Source of the DNA: Verrucomicrobiota bacterium
GTDB lineage: Bacteria; Verrucomicrobiota; Verrucomicrobiia; Limisphaerales; UBA9464
Length of the DNA stretch: 64,000 nt
Direction of reading: 5' to 3'
Assembly: GCA_947454705.1 (NCBI GenBank)
Contig: CANGKZ010000008.1
Coordinates: 24,162 to 88,161, forward strand
Shown: piece after piece, positions 9,114 to 18,302 of the stretch
How the letters are laid out: each line of letters starts with the position of its first letter
Position numbering within the stretch: position 1 is the stretch's first letter
Notes under the pieces: generated by a model
Told to the model about the DNA's origin: nothing
What the model saw: the letters and a program-made list of their open reading frames with translations, nothing else
Databases searched by the model: none
Translations under genes and position numbers: made by a program

Positions 9114-9728
9114 CTAGGCGGCGACGGCGGTCGGCACGTTCGCACGGAGGAGACGGAAGATGGCCGGCTCGAGCTGCAGGAGGATGTCGGGATCGTTGAG
9201 GATCTTGGACTGGAGCAATGTGCCGAGGAAGCAGGAGTACACCTGCTGCGCCGCGGACCGCGGATCCACCACTTCGGCGAGGCCGAGGGCGACTGCATCA
9301 CGAATGGTACGCTCGAGGTAGTCCATCCAGCGGTCCCGCATTTCCTGGGCCTTGGCGCGGATCTTGGGATCCTGGGTGGCCAGTTCAGATCCGGCGTTGG
9401 CGTAGGGGCATCCGACCACGAAGCCGTACTCGGCGAACTTCATCTTCTGCGCGTCATACAGGCGCGCACAGCATTGATGCAGGCGATCGAGCGGGTCGGT
9501 GTCGGGGGAAAAAATCTGGTTCAAGCCCGGCTGGGTCGACTGCCAGTGGGCCTCGTAGGCCGCCACGGCGAGATCGGATTTGCTGGGAAAGAAATGGTAG
9601 AAGCTGCCCTTGTTGACGTCGGCACGGGCGCAGATGTCATCGACGCTGACGCCGCCGTAGCTGCTGGTCCAAATGAGGTCGAGCGCCGCGTTGAGCAGCT
9701 TTTCTCGAGCATCACTTGTGCGTCCCAT
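9114..9728 (-). CDS. TetR/AcrR family transcriptional regulator
   Basis: The N-terminal HTH region LLNAALDLIWTSSYGGVSVDDICARADVNKGSFYHFFPSKSDL is typical of TetR_N. Confidence 0.9.
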   Translation of the reverse strand: MGRTSDAREKLLNAALDLIWTSSYGGVSVDDICARADVNKGSFYHFFPSKSDLAVAAYEAHWQSTQPGLNQIFSPDTDPLDRLHQCCARLYDAQKMKFAEYGFVVGCPYANAGSELATQDPKIRAKAQEMRDRWMDYLERTIRDAVALGLAEVVDPRSAAQQVYSCFLGTLLQSKILNDPDILLQLEPAIFRLLRANVPTAVAA

Positions 9729-9827
9729 GGGGTTCCGAATAACGGGCGATCGTCCCCGGCGGCAAGCAGAAACAGAAACGGGCTGCTGCCGCGCAGCAGG
9801 ATCTCGCCGATGGGTTTCGACCGAATC

Positions 9828-10184
9828 TCAGTCGAGAAACGAGTTCAACTTGGCCACGATGGCCTTCTTCGAAGTGGCGCCGATCAGTTGCCCAACCACG
9901 CGGCCTTCCTTGAAGAAGAGCAGGGTGGGGAGGCTGGCGATTCCGAAGCGGCCGGCGGTGGCCGGGTTTTCATCAACGTTCAATTTGGCCACCCGGGCGC
10001 GGCCCGCGAATTCGCGTCCGACTTCCTCGAGTGCCGGTGCAATCATGCGGCACGGCCCGCACCAGGGGGCCCAGAAATCCACCAACACGGGTTGGCTGGA
10101 TTCCAGGACGTCCTGGGAAAATGTCAGATCCGAGGTGGCGATTGCGACGCCCGTCTCGGGTTCCTGAAGTGTAGTCATGGTCAT
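9828..10184 (-). CDS. trxA: Thioredoxin
   Basis: VLVDFWAPWCGPCRMIAP active-site motif; 118 aa. Confidence 0.93.
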   Translation of the reverse strand: MTMTTLQEPETGVAIATSDLTFSQDVLESSQPVLVDFWAPWCGPCRMIAPALEEVGREFAGRARVAKLNVDENPATAGRFGIASLPTLLFFKEGRVVGQLIGATSKKAIVAKLNSFLD

Positions 10185-10294
10185 TCCTTCTCTTTATCGG
10201 AGAAACCCTCGTCCAAATTAAGCCGGGGTCAAACGACCGCCCGGAGGCCACCCTTGGAAGCCTCCGGACGCAGGACCGTAAAGCCCAGCCCAGC

Positions 10295-12445
10295 CTACTT
10301 GGTCAGGTAGTACTTGTTGGTGTACTCCTGCACCATGCGCCAGGTGCTGTACTGCGGCGCAAGGGTGGCCATGGTGTGGCGGATGCGCTGCAGCCACTGA
10401 CGCGGAATGCCGGCAGCGTCGCGGTTGAAGAACATCGGCACGACCTGCTCGGTGAGCGTGCGATACAGATTCGCGCTGTCTTCGCGGTCCTGTTCATGGA
10501 CATCGGCGGAGTGCGCATCGGGTCCGATGGCGAACCCGTTGTTGGCGTCGTAGCCCTCGCGCCACCAGCCGTCCATAATGCTCAGGTTCATGCCGCCGTG
10601 CGGGGTGGTCTTCATGCCGCTGGTGCCCGAGGCTTCGAGCGGGCGACGCGGGTTGTTCAGCCAGATGTCGCATCCGGCCACCATCTGGCGGCACACGTGG
10701 ATGTCGTAGTTCTCGATGAACACCAGGTGTCCCTTGAGTTCGCTGAACTTGCTGAGGTGAATGATTTTCTGGATGAAGGCCTTGCCGGCGTCGTCGCGCG
10801 GATGGGCCTTGCCGGAGAAGATAAACTGAACCGGGCGCGCGGAGTCCTCGGCGAGTTTCACGATGTTCTCGAACTGATCGAAAATCAGCGGCGCGCGCTT
10901 GTAGGTAGCGAAGCGACGGGCGAATCCGATGGTGAGCGCGTCCGGATTCAGGAATCCGTCGAAGGTGATGAAATCGCCCTGCGAGAAGGTGCGCCCCTGG
11001 AGCAGCAGCCGGCGGCGGGTGAACTCGATCAACTCGCGGCGCAGCTTGTAGCGCATGGCCCAGAGTTCCTCGTCGGAAAGGATCGAGGGATCGGTGACCT
11101 TGTTCCAGAATTCCTGCGTGTTGGCCTCGGTGACGAAGGCCGATTCCGGACGTCCGAGCGCGGCAAACTTGCGGCGCCACACGCGACGCGCCGGGCCCTT
11201 CATCCAACCCACGAGATGGATGCCGTTGGTGATGTGTCCGATGGGCACCTGGTTCGGATCCTTGGTGCCGTAGAGCTCGCACCACATCTCACGGCTGACA
11301 GCGCCGTGCAGCTCGCTCACGCCATTCGCGGCGCGGGAAAGCTTGAGCGCGAGGACCGTCATGCAGAAGGGCTCCTCGGCATCGTTCGGACGAACGCGGC
11401 CGAGGTTCATCAGCTCCTCGTGGGTGATCTTGAGCGTGGAGATGAACTTCTGTCCCGCGTAGCCCATGAGATCGCTGCTGAAGCGATCATGTCCGGCTTC
11501 CACCGGCGTGTGGGTGGTGAAGAGGCATTCGGCACGCGTGAGCTTCTGGGCCTCTTCGAAGGAACTTCCGGCGGCCAATTTTTCGCGAACGAGTTCCAGA
11601 GTGAGGAACGCGGCGTGGCCCTCGTTCATGTGGAACGTGGAGGGTTGAATCCCCAGCGCGCGCAGCAGGCGGACGCCGCCGACTCCGAGAAGAATTTCCT
11701 GGAGGATGCGCGTGGTCGAATCGCCGCCGTACACGCGGTTGGTCAGGTCGCGATGATGCGGTTCGTTTTCCGGGCGGTTGGCATCGAGGAGGTAAACCGG
11801 GACACGTCCGACATTCACCCGCCAGGCGTGGAATCGAATGGTGCTGCCGGCCAGACGGACGCTGCACACCAGCGGTTCGCCCTTGGGATCGAGAACCGGT
11901 TCCAGCGGCAGGTTTCGCGGATTGAGCAGCGTGTAGGATTCCTGCTGCCAGTTGTCGTGGTTGATCGATTGTTGGAAATAGCCTTCGCGGTAAAAGAGGC
12001 TGATGCCGACGAATCCAATGCCGAGGTCACTCGCGGACTTGGCGTGGTCGCCGGCCAGGGCGCCGAGACCGCCTGCTGCGATGGGAAGGGTTTCGTGGAA
12101 GGCAAACTCCGCGGAGAAATAGGCGACCGGATTGGCCTTGAGCGCCGGGGCGTTTTTGGCTCCCCAGGTTTCCGTGTCGTTCAGGTAGGCATCGAAGTTC
12201 TCCAGCACCTTGCGAACGCGATCCGCGAGGCCGGGCTCCTGCAGTCGGATGCGGAGTTCGTAATCGGAAACCTCACGCAGAATCGCCACGGCGTTGTGGT
12301 AGAGATTCTGCCATCCGCGCGGGGAAAGCTCCTGGAACACCTCCTGCGCATCCTGGTCCCAGCTCCACCAGATGTTGCGTGCGAGGCGGTGCAGACCCGC
12401 GGTCAAAGAAGTGAGTTCCGCAGAGGACAAGGGATGAGTAGTCAT
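10295..12445 (-). CDS. glgP: Alpha-glucan (glycogen/maltodextrin) phosphorylase, GT35 alpha-glucan family
   Basis: 716 aa with N-terminus LARNIWWSWDQDAQEVFQELSP and segments GGLGALAGDH and EASGTSGMK (pyridoxal-phosphate Lys region), typical of this family. Confidence 0.9.
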   Translation of the reverse strand: MTTHPLSSAELTSLTAGLHRLARNIWWSWDQDAQEVFQELSPRGWQNLYHNAVAILREVSDYELRIRLQEPGLADRVRKVLENFDAYLNDTETWGAKNAPALKANPVAYFSAEFAFHETLPIAAGGLGALAGDHAKSASDLGIGFVGISLFYREGYFQQSINHDNWQQESYTLLNPRNLPLEPVLDPKGEPLVCSVRLAGSTIRFHAWRVNVGRVPVYLLDANRPENEPHHRDLTNRVYGGDSTTRILQEILLGVGGVRLLRALGIQPSTFHMNEGHAAFLTLELVREKLAAGSSFEEAQKLTRAECLFTTHTPVEAGHDRFSSDLMGYAGQKFISTLKITHEELMNLGRVRPNDAEEPFCMTVLALKLSRAANGVSELHGAVSREMWCELYGTKDPNQVPIGHITNGIHLVGWMKGPARRVWRRKFAALGRPESAFVTEANTQEFWNKVTDPSILSDEELWAMRYKLRRELIEFTRRRLLLQGRTFSQGDFITFDGFLNPDALTIGFARRFATYKRAPLIFDQFENIVKLAEDSARPVQFIFSGKAHPRDDAGKAFIQKIIHLSKFSELKGHLVFIENYDIHVCRQMVAGCDIWLNNPRRPLEASGTSGMKTTPHGGMNLSIMDGWWREGYDANNGFAIGPDAHSADVHEQDREDSANLYRTLTEQVVPMFFNRDAAGIPRQWLQRIRHTMATLAPQYSTWRMVQEYTNKYYLTK

Positions 12446-12530
12446 GAATCGACGCAGTTCGACTGTGTGTTGACGGCGTGTTTGGGATTCGCCATCGACA
12501 ACTAGGAACTACTCGCGTGGAGGACGGACA

Positions 12531-12566
12531 GTAAACAAAAAACCACCCGCGGTGATGCGGGTGGTT
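12531..12566 (-). terminator. Rho-independent terminator after the DUF5679-like gene
   Basis: Perfect 10-bp stem aaccacccgc/gcgggtggtt with a 6-nt loop. On the minus strand it is followed by TTTTGTTT. Confidence 0.7.
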
Positions 12567-12650
12567 TGTCGTTTCGAAGTCTTTTCCGTCGGCGAATCGA
12601 TCGCTGGCGCACCTCCTGGGTGGTGACTTGCGAGGAAGCCACCGGCCGAT

Positions 12651-12848
12651 TCAAGCGGCAGGAGCCACCGGCGCGGGATCCGTCGTGGCGGAGGCTGCGG
12701 CAGCTTTTCCACCCAGAATCTTGAACATCACTGCGCCGCAGGTCGGGCATTTACCCTTCACTGCCTTGCGACCATTTTTCATGGTCTCTTCCACACCATC
12801 CACGATCGGCTTCTTCGCCTTGCATTTCACACAATATCCTTCGGCCAT
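12651..12848 (-). CDS. Small zinc-ribbon protein (DUF5679-like)
   Basis: MAEGYCVKCKAKKPIVDGVEETMKNGRKAVKGKCPTCGAVMFKILG carries two CxxC pairs. The ATG at 12848 is preceded by ggaaaggaa on the coding strand. The track ORF extends to 12887. Confidence 0.65.
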   Translation of the reverse strand: MAEGYCVKCKAKKPIVDGVEETMKNGRKAVKGKCPTCGAVMFKILGGKAAAASATTDPAPVAPAA

Positions 12849-12957
12849 GGCGATTCCTTTCCGTTGCGGCTTGTAAGCCGGATTCACAAAATCTGAAGCG
12901 GAAGGTAGGGGGCGCGGTCGAGAAGTGTCAACCTGCGGGCCGGTTGGACCCAGGGTT

Positions 12958-13815
12958 TCAGCGACGGAAGTTCCACGACTCCAACGCGTAACGAGATGCC
13001 ACCAGAGCCTCCACCGAGGCCGAATCCGGGGGCAGACCCGGGGCCAAAGCCTCCCATTCCCGCTTCCAAGCGTCGGTCAAGGCAGAGGCCGTGGAGGGAA
13101 TCGTCGACACGAAATCGGCATGCGAACGACTGCCCCGATACTCCGGCTGCAGCGAGGGAAAACGGAGCAGGTTCAGGCTGGATTCACCACCGAGGGATTC
13201 GAGCGAGTAGAGGAGGGTACCGTGAAACAACAACGCGGATTTACGCCTCCGCTGGGCGTTGCCGGACACCTTGCGCTCCACGCCATCGGCACTCCGCAGT
13301 GCCAGATCGGTGTGTCCACGGACCGATGCCACCGCTGCGGTGCCGAGCACTGATTGGAGTGCGCGGCGATTCCGTTCCATGATCCAGCGATTCGATTCTC
13401 CCACCGTGCCCAGGGCAGGGTGGGTGTCCTGCCGGAGAATGAGCGCATAATTCAGGCAACCGGGCCCCTGCACCACTGCGCCGCCGCCCGAATGACGTCT
13501 CAAAATTGGGACATTCGCAGCACGGCAGGCCGGAAGGTCCACCTCGCGTTCGACCGATTGACCGAACCCAACCGCCACAAACGGCCGTGCCGATTCCCAA
13601 AAACAGAGGACTTCGGGGCCGCCGGATTCTGTTGCATCGAGCAACGCCTCCTCGCTGGCGAGAAACGCCGCGGGCGTCAGGCTGGAATCCAGGTTCACGC
13701 AAATCACCGGCCTTGCCTGTGGAAGTTTTGCATCGGGTGCAAGGGGATTCCTCCGAGGAGTGCAAGCAGGACGTCGCTCGACTGCATATTTTTGCACACT
13801 CAGCAGACTTGGCAT
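12958..13815 (-). CDS. Biotin/lipoate A/B protein ligase family protein (LplA/LipM-like)
   Basis: LCFWESARPFVAVGFGQSVEREVDLPACRAANVPILRRHSGGGAVVQGPGCLNYALIL resembles lipoate-protein ligase / octanoyltransferase cores. The start is taken at ATG 13815 because the track start at 13881 would overlap aceE. Confidence 0.7.
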   Translation of the reverse strand: MPSLLSVQKYAVERRPACTPRRNPLAPDAKLPQARPVICVNLDSSLTPAAFLASEEALLDATESGGPEVLCFWESARPFVAVGFGQSVEREVDLPACRAANVPILRRHSGGGAVVQGPGCLNYALILRQDTHPALGTVGESNRWIMERNRRALQSVLGTAAVASVRGHTDLALRSADGVERKVSGNAQRRRKSALLFHGTLLYSLESLGGESSLNLLRFPSLQPEYRGSRSHADFVSTIPSTASALTDAWKREWEALAPGLPPDSASVEALVASRYALESWNFRR

Positions 13816-13844
13816 GACGACGGTTTCGCGTACTTTCGACGCCT

Positions 13845-16544
13845 GTGTTGACTGCTCCAGCCACCGCCAAAACGTCGTCACCCCGCTCCGGGGCCGACCT
13901 CATCCGCCACAGCGAAGCACTGGCCGATCTCGCCTCGCTCGCCCTGGCCGGAAAATCTCCGGAACAACAGAAGCTGATCATCAGCGAGTTCGTCGAAGAA
14001 CTCCGCCGGACCGGTCATCCGATTCCCACCGTCACCAGCACACCGTATCTCAACACCATCTCGGTGGACGATCAGCCCGAGTATCCGGGCGATCTCGAAA
14101 TGGAGCGCCTGATTCGCGCCCACGTTCGTTGGAACGCCATGGCCATGGTGGCCAAGGCGAACAAGACCACCAACGTTGGCGGTCACATTGCGACCTTTGC
14201 GTCGCTGGCGACTTTGTACGAAGTGGGCTTCAACCACTTCTTCCGCGGCGACGAGGACGGCAGCACGGCCGACATGATTTACTTCCAGGGACACGCCTCC
14301 CCGGGAAACTACGCCCGTGCCTATCTCGAAGGCCGGCTGAACGACGAGCACCTCAACAATTTCCGCCAGGAACTTCAGGCGCACCCCGGCCTGAGCAGCT
14401 ATCCGCATCCGTACCTGATGCCGGAATTCTGGCTGTTCCCGACGGTGTCGATGGGCCTCGGTCCCATTCATTCCATTTACCAAGCCCGCTTCAGCCGCTA
14501 TTTGCAGGCCCGCGGTCTGGCCAAGGGCGATCCGTTTGTCTGGGCGTTCATCGGCGACGGTGAATCCGACGAGCCGGAAACCCACGGTGCCATCGGCATG
14601 GCGGGACGCGAGGGGCTCGACAACCTCATCTGGGTCATCAACTGCAACCTGCAGCGCCTCGACGGCCCGGTCCGCGGTAACGGCAAGGTCATCCAGGACC
14701 TCGAAGGCCAGTTCCGCGGCGCAGGATGGAATGTCATCAAGGTCGTGTGGGGCTCCGATTGGGATGCACTCCTGGCCAAGGACAAGACCGGCCTGCTGGC
14801 GCGTCGCATGGAAGAAGTCGTGGACGGCGAGTACCAGAAGTACATCGTCGAAAGCGGTTCCTACATCCGGAAGAATTTCTTCGGCAAGTACCCCGAGCTG
14901 CTCGAACTGGTGAACCACCTGAGCGACGACCAGCTCAAGCGTCTCACCCGCGGCGGACACGATCCCCGCAAGGTGTACGCGGCCTACAAGAAGGCCAGCG
15001 AGCGCAACGGACGTCCGACCGTGATCCTCGCCAAAACCGTCAAGGGCTACGGCACCGGCGAAGCAGGCGAAGGCAAGAACCCGACGCACGGCCTCAAGAA
15101 GCTCGCCGAACGCGACATCCGCCACTTCCGCGAACGGTTCTCCATTCCGCTCGACGACGACGTCATTGCCGACCTGCCGTTCTACCGTCCGCCGCAGGAC
15201 AGCGATGAGATGAAGTACCTGCACGCCCGTCGCGCGGCGCTGAACGGCTACAACCCGCGCCGCCGCGTGCGCACGCAGAAGCTGGAGACGCCGTCCTACA
15301 CGCAGTTCACTTCGCTGCTGAATGCCGCGGTGCTGCAAAACGCCTCCACCACCAAGGCCTACAACGTCCTGCTCAGCGCACTGCTTCGCGACAAGAACAT
15401 CGGCAAGTTCATCGTGCCAATCGTTCCCGACGAAGCCCGTACCTTCGGCATGGAAGGTCTCTTCGGCCAGGTCGGCATCTACAGCTCCAAGGGACAGCTC
15501 TACAACCCGGCTCCGAAAACCGAGGACAACGCCAACACGCCGTACATTGAGAAGAAGGACGGCCAGCTGCTCGAGGAAGGCATCAATGAAGCCGGCTCCA
15601 TGGCCGACTTCATCGCCGCCGGTACCGCGCACGTCACCTACGGCGTGCCCACGATCCCGTTCTACATCTACTACTCGATGTTCGGGTTCCAGCGCGTGGG
15701 CGACCAGATCTGGCTCGCGGGCGACAGTCGCTGCCGGGGCTTCATGGTCGGCGCCACCTCGGGCCGCACCACGCTCAACGGCGAGGGCCTGCAGCATCAG
15801 GACGCGCACAGCCACCTGATCGCGGCATCTGTACCGAATTTGATGAGCTACGAGCCGGCCTTTGGCTATGAGCTCGCGGTGATCGTCTGCGACGGTCTCA
15901 AGCGCATGTACGCCGAGGGTGAGGACGTGTTCTACTACGTCTCCGTCCACAACGAGGACTACACGCACGCCCCGATGCCGGAAACCCCGGGCGTGGTGGA
16001 AGGCATCCTCAACGGCATGTACAAGTTCAAGCCGGGCAAGGAAGGCCTGAAGCACAAGGCTCAGTTGATCGGCTCCGGATCCATCCTGCTCTCCGCCCTC
16101 AAGGCTCAGGAGATCCTGGAGAAGTACGGCGTGAGCGCCGATGTGTGGAGCACGACCAGCTTCAAGCGCCTTCGCAGCGAAGCCCAGGCGGCCAAGCGCT
16201 GGAACATGCTTCACCCGACCGAAAAGCCGCGGAAGAGCTACCTCGAAACCATCGTGGAACCCGAAAAGGGCGTCTGGGTGGCGGTGAGCGACAACCTCAA
16301 GCTGGTGGCCGATCAGATTGCCCCTTGGATCCCGGGCGGGCTGATGACGCTCGGCTGCGATGGTTTCGGCCGCAGCGAAGTTCGCCCGGCCTTGCGCCGA
16401 TTCTTCGAAGTCGATGGCGAATGCACCGCGGTGGCCACGCTCTACAAGCTGAGCCAGACCGGTGCTGTTGCGCCGGAAACGGTCGCCCAAGCGATCCGGG
16501 ACCTCGGGGTTGACCCGGAGAAGGCCTACGGCATCTGCCTCTAA
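13845..16544 (+). CDS. aceE: Pyruvate dehydrogenase E1 component, homodimeric type
   Basis: 899 aa. YLNTISVDDQPEYPGDLEMERLIRAHVRWNAMAMV aligns with the E. coli AceE N-region from memory. The start is GTG. Confidence 0.95.
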   Translation: MLTAPATAKTSSPRSGADLIRHSEALADLASLALAGKSPEQQKLIISEFVEELRRTGHPIPTVTSTPYLNTISVDDQPEYPGDLEMERLIRAHVRWNAMAMVAKANKTTNVGGHIATFASLATLYEVGFNHFFRGDEDGSTADMIYFQGHASPGNYARAYLEGRLNDEHLNNFRQELQAHPGLSSYPHPYLMPEFWLFPTVSMGLGPIHSIYQARFSRYLQARGLAKGDPFVWAFIGDGESDEPETHGAIGMAGREGLDNLIWVINCNLQRLDGPVRGNGKVIQDLEGQFRGAGWNVIKVVWGSDWDALLAKDKTGLLARRMEEVVDGEYQKYIVESGSYIRKNFFGKYPELLELVNHLSDDQLKRLTRGGHDPRKVYAAYKKASERNGRPTVILAKTVKGYGTGEAGEGKNPTHGLKKLAERDIRHFRERFSIPLDDDVIADLPFYRPPQDSDEMKYLHARRAALNGYNPRRRVRTQKLETPSYTQFTSLLNAAVLQNASTTKAYNVLLSALLRDKNIGKFIVPIVPDEARTFGMEGLFGQVGIYSSKGQLYNPAPKTEDNANTPYIEKKDGQLLEEGINEAGSMADFIAAGTAHVTYGVPTIPFYIYYSMFGFQRVGDQIWLAGDSRCRGFMVGATSGRTTLNGEGLQHQDAHSHLIAASVPNLMSYEPAFGYELAVIVCDGLKRMYAEGEDVFYYVSVHNEDYTHAPMPETPGVVEGILNGMYKFKPGKEGLKHKAQLIGSGSILLSALKAQEILEKYGVSADVWSTTSFKRLRSEAQAAKRWNMLHPTEKPRKSYLETIVEPEKGVWVAVSDNLKLVADQIAPWIPGGLMTLGCDGFGRSEVRPALRRFFEVDGECTAVATLYKLSQTGAVAPETVAQAIRDLGVDPEKAYGICL

Positions 16545-16586
16545 TTTGAGGCACCCGGCCCGCAGGGACGGGAACAGCGGTTTTCA

Positions 16587-16616
16587 AACGCCCGGTTCAC
16601 CACCGGGCGTTTTTCA
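16587..16616 (+). terminator. Rho-independent terminator after aceE
   Basis: Perfect 10-bp stem aacgcccggt/accgggcgtt with a 5-nt loop, followed by TTTTT. Confidence 0.7.
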
Positions 16617-16700
16617 TTTCTGGGGCGTCGTGTAGGGAAAAGGCGCGGATGATTCCCCGACGCAAAAACCAGAGTCTGCCGGGGCAAGGCACTCCTTGGA

Positions 16701-17189
16701 ATGTGGTCTCATCGAGCCTACCCTATCTCTGCAAATGGTCTTTGTTCTGAAACTCTTCCTCGCGATCGGCTCCGGATTTGTGCTTTGGGCACTGCTGTGA
16801 GGCGGTTCCGATATTTCCGCGACGAATTGTTTCTCGCCGCCGCGACCGCCTACGGACTGAACCGCTGGCTGATCAAGCCGGTCGTGGCCTCGCCCTTCCT
16901 GCGTGGGCAGTTCAACGATCTGCTCCTCATTCCCGCCGCACTTCCGCTCATCCTCTGGGTGCAACGGCAAACCCGCCTTCGAGCCGCGGATGAGGTTCCC
17001 TCGTGGTCTGAGATCGGCCTCCACTTTGGAGTCTGGTCGATCATTTGCGAATGGATCGGTCCGCGCTGGTTGCACCACGGAACTGCCGATCCCTGGGATG
17101 TGCTTGCCTACGCCGTCGGCGGCCTGCTGGCGGGCCTCTGGTGGCATCGCAGGGCAGGGACGTACTCCGGATCGAAGGTCGAACCGTGA
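16701..17189 (+). CDS. Hypothetical integral membrane protein
   Basis: Hydrophobic segments (LLLIPAALPLILWV, GLHFGVWSIICEWIG, VLAYAVGGLLAGLWW). The start is uncertain; an in-frame GTG at 16797 gives VRRFRYFRDE. The stop overlaps the next gene's GTG (GTGA). Confidence 0.5.
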   Translation: MWSHRAYPISANGLCSETLPRDRLRICALGTAVRRFRYFRDELFLAAATAYGLNRWLIKPVVASPFLRGQFNDLLLIPAALPLILWVQRQTRLRAADEVPSWSEIGLHFGVWSIICEWIGPRWLHHGTADPWDVLAYAVGGLLAGLWWHRRAGTYSGSKVEP

Positions 17190-17842
17190 GCTTCGACACG
17201 CTGGCTCCGGTGTATCGTCCGATGGAGGCGGTCCTCGCGGGTGGGTTGCTTCAGCGCTGCCGGACGGCGCATCTGAACCAGGTCTGCGCTCTCCCGTGCC
17301 GGCGCGCCCTGGTGCTCGGAGAAGGTCCGGGCCGCTTCCTCGTCGAATTGCTCCGACAGCTGCCCGACATCGAGATCGATTGCGTGGAACAGAGCCCGGC
17401 GATGATTCGTCAGGCACAACGGCGCATCGAGCGTTCGGGAGGCGATGTGAGCCGGGTCAGGTTTCTTGCCGTCGACGCGTTGGACTGGGTTCCGCAACCT
17501 CAACAATTCGACCTGATTGCGACCCACTTCTTCCTGGATTGTTTTCCTCCGGATGAGCTCGGCCGGTTGATCTCAGGCATCGCATTGGGTGCCGACGCAG
17601 GGACGCGCTGGCTGGTCAGCGATTTCTGCATTCCGGACCACGGGTGGCGACGCCTCCGCGCCCGTGCGATCCATGGGTTGATGTATCGGTTTTTTCGCAT
17701 TGCGACGGGGCTTCGAGCCCGTCGATGGACGCCGCCGGACGCGTTTCTCCAAGCCGCCGGGTTTGAACTCGAACGCCGGGTCACTTTCAGCTCCGGCCTT
17801 CTTCACTCGGACCTGTGGGTTCGCGGCAACTGTGGAGGTTGA
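17186..17842 (+). CDS. Class I SAM-dependent methyltransferase
   Basis: LVLGEGPGRFLVELL is a glycine-rich SAM motif I, and the protein has a methyltransferase-sized body. The start is taken at GTG 17186, overlapping the upstream TGA. The track ORF from 17045 overlaps the upstream gene. Confidence 0.8.
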   Translation: MSFDTLAPVYRPMEAVLAGGLLQRCRTAHLNQVCALPCRRALVLGEGPGRFLVELLRQLPDIEIDCVEQSPAMIRQAQRRIERSGGDVSRVRFLAVDALDWVPQPQQFDLIATHFFLDCFPPDELGRLISGIALGADAGTRWLVSDFCIPDHGWRRLRARAIHGLMYRFFRIATGLRARRWTPPDAFLQAAGFELERRVTFSSGLLHSDLWVRGNCGG

Positions 17843-17883
17843 TGGGTTGAACCTGGAGCCCGCAGTTGAAGGGTTGAAGGGGA
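17838..17883. repeat. Solo family-A arm (gttgatgggttgaa...gttgaagggttgaagggg)
   Basis: Left-type arm only. It begins inside the stop codon of the methyltransferase gene. No matching right arm was seen before the tRNA. Confidence 0.6.
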
Positions 17884-18183
17884 AATCGGCCCCGCGGCGT
17901 GGCAACGCCTCCGTTTCGTGGGTCGGTCGGGCGGCGTTGTGCAACGCCGAAACTCCAAAAACGACCAGCAACAGCGCCGTCGTTTTCAAATTGGAAACTG
18001 GGCGTCAGAAGGTGAAGACCCCTCGGGATTCAGCCAGCAGGTGAATCTAGCGAGGAAATACCTTTGAGAGGGGGACTGCGGACCAAGTTCCGCTTGGGTT
18101 CCAAGGTTCAGCGGCCGATCAAATCAAGCTCGCTCAAACCGTTCTAGAACCAACCTCTCCTTAAACCAACGAAGCGCTTCGGA

Positions 18184-18259
18184 TGGTGGAGCCGACAGGA
18201 TTCGAACCTGCGACCCTCACAATGCCATTGTGATGCTCTACCAACTGAGCTACGACCCC
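18184..18259 (-). tRNA. tRNA-Ala (anticodon GGC)
   Basis: The reverse complement is GGGGTCGTAGCTCAGTTGGTAGAGCATCACAATGGCATTGTGAGGGTCGCAGGTTCGAATCCTGTCGGCTCCACCA. It folds as a cloverleaf with a G3:U70 pair, anticodon loop AUGGCAU, a GGTTCGAATCC T-arm and an encoded CCA. Confidence 0.9.
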
Positions 18260-18302
18260 ACAGCCGAAAGCGGGCGCGACGTTAGAAACTTACAGGAAAG
18301 AG

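Noticed and set aside
10376-12505. 709-aa ORF antisense to glgP
   Set aside because: For the same reason: the minus-strand phosphorylase has clear family motifs, and the plus frame is a shadow ORF.
13878-16490. 870-aa ORF antisense to aceE
   Set aside because: aceE on the plus strand is unambiguous. The antisense translation has no motifs and the usual high-GC shadow-ORF composition.
16614-17417. 267-aa minus-strand ORF
   Set aside because: It is antisense to the coupled membrane-protein / methyltransferase pair. The sequence is Pro/Arg/Gly-rich shadow frame.
17573-17989. 138-aa minus-strand ORF with a signal-peptide-like start (MKTTALLLVVFGVSALHNAA)
   Set aside because: About two thirds of it overlaps the methyltransferase gene in antisense. 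The rest is translation of a family-A repeat arm (PFNPSTAG...).
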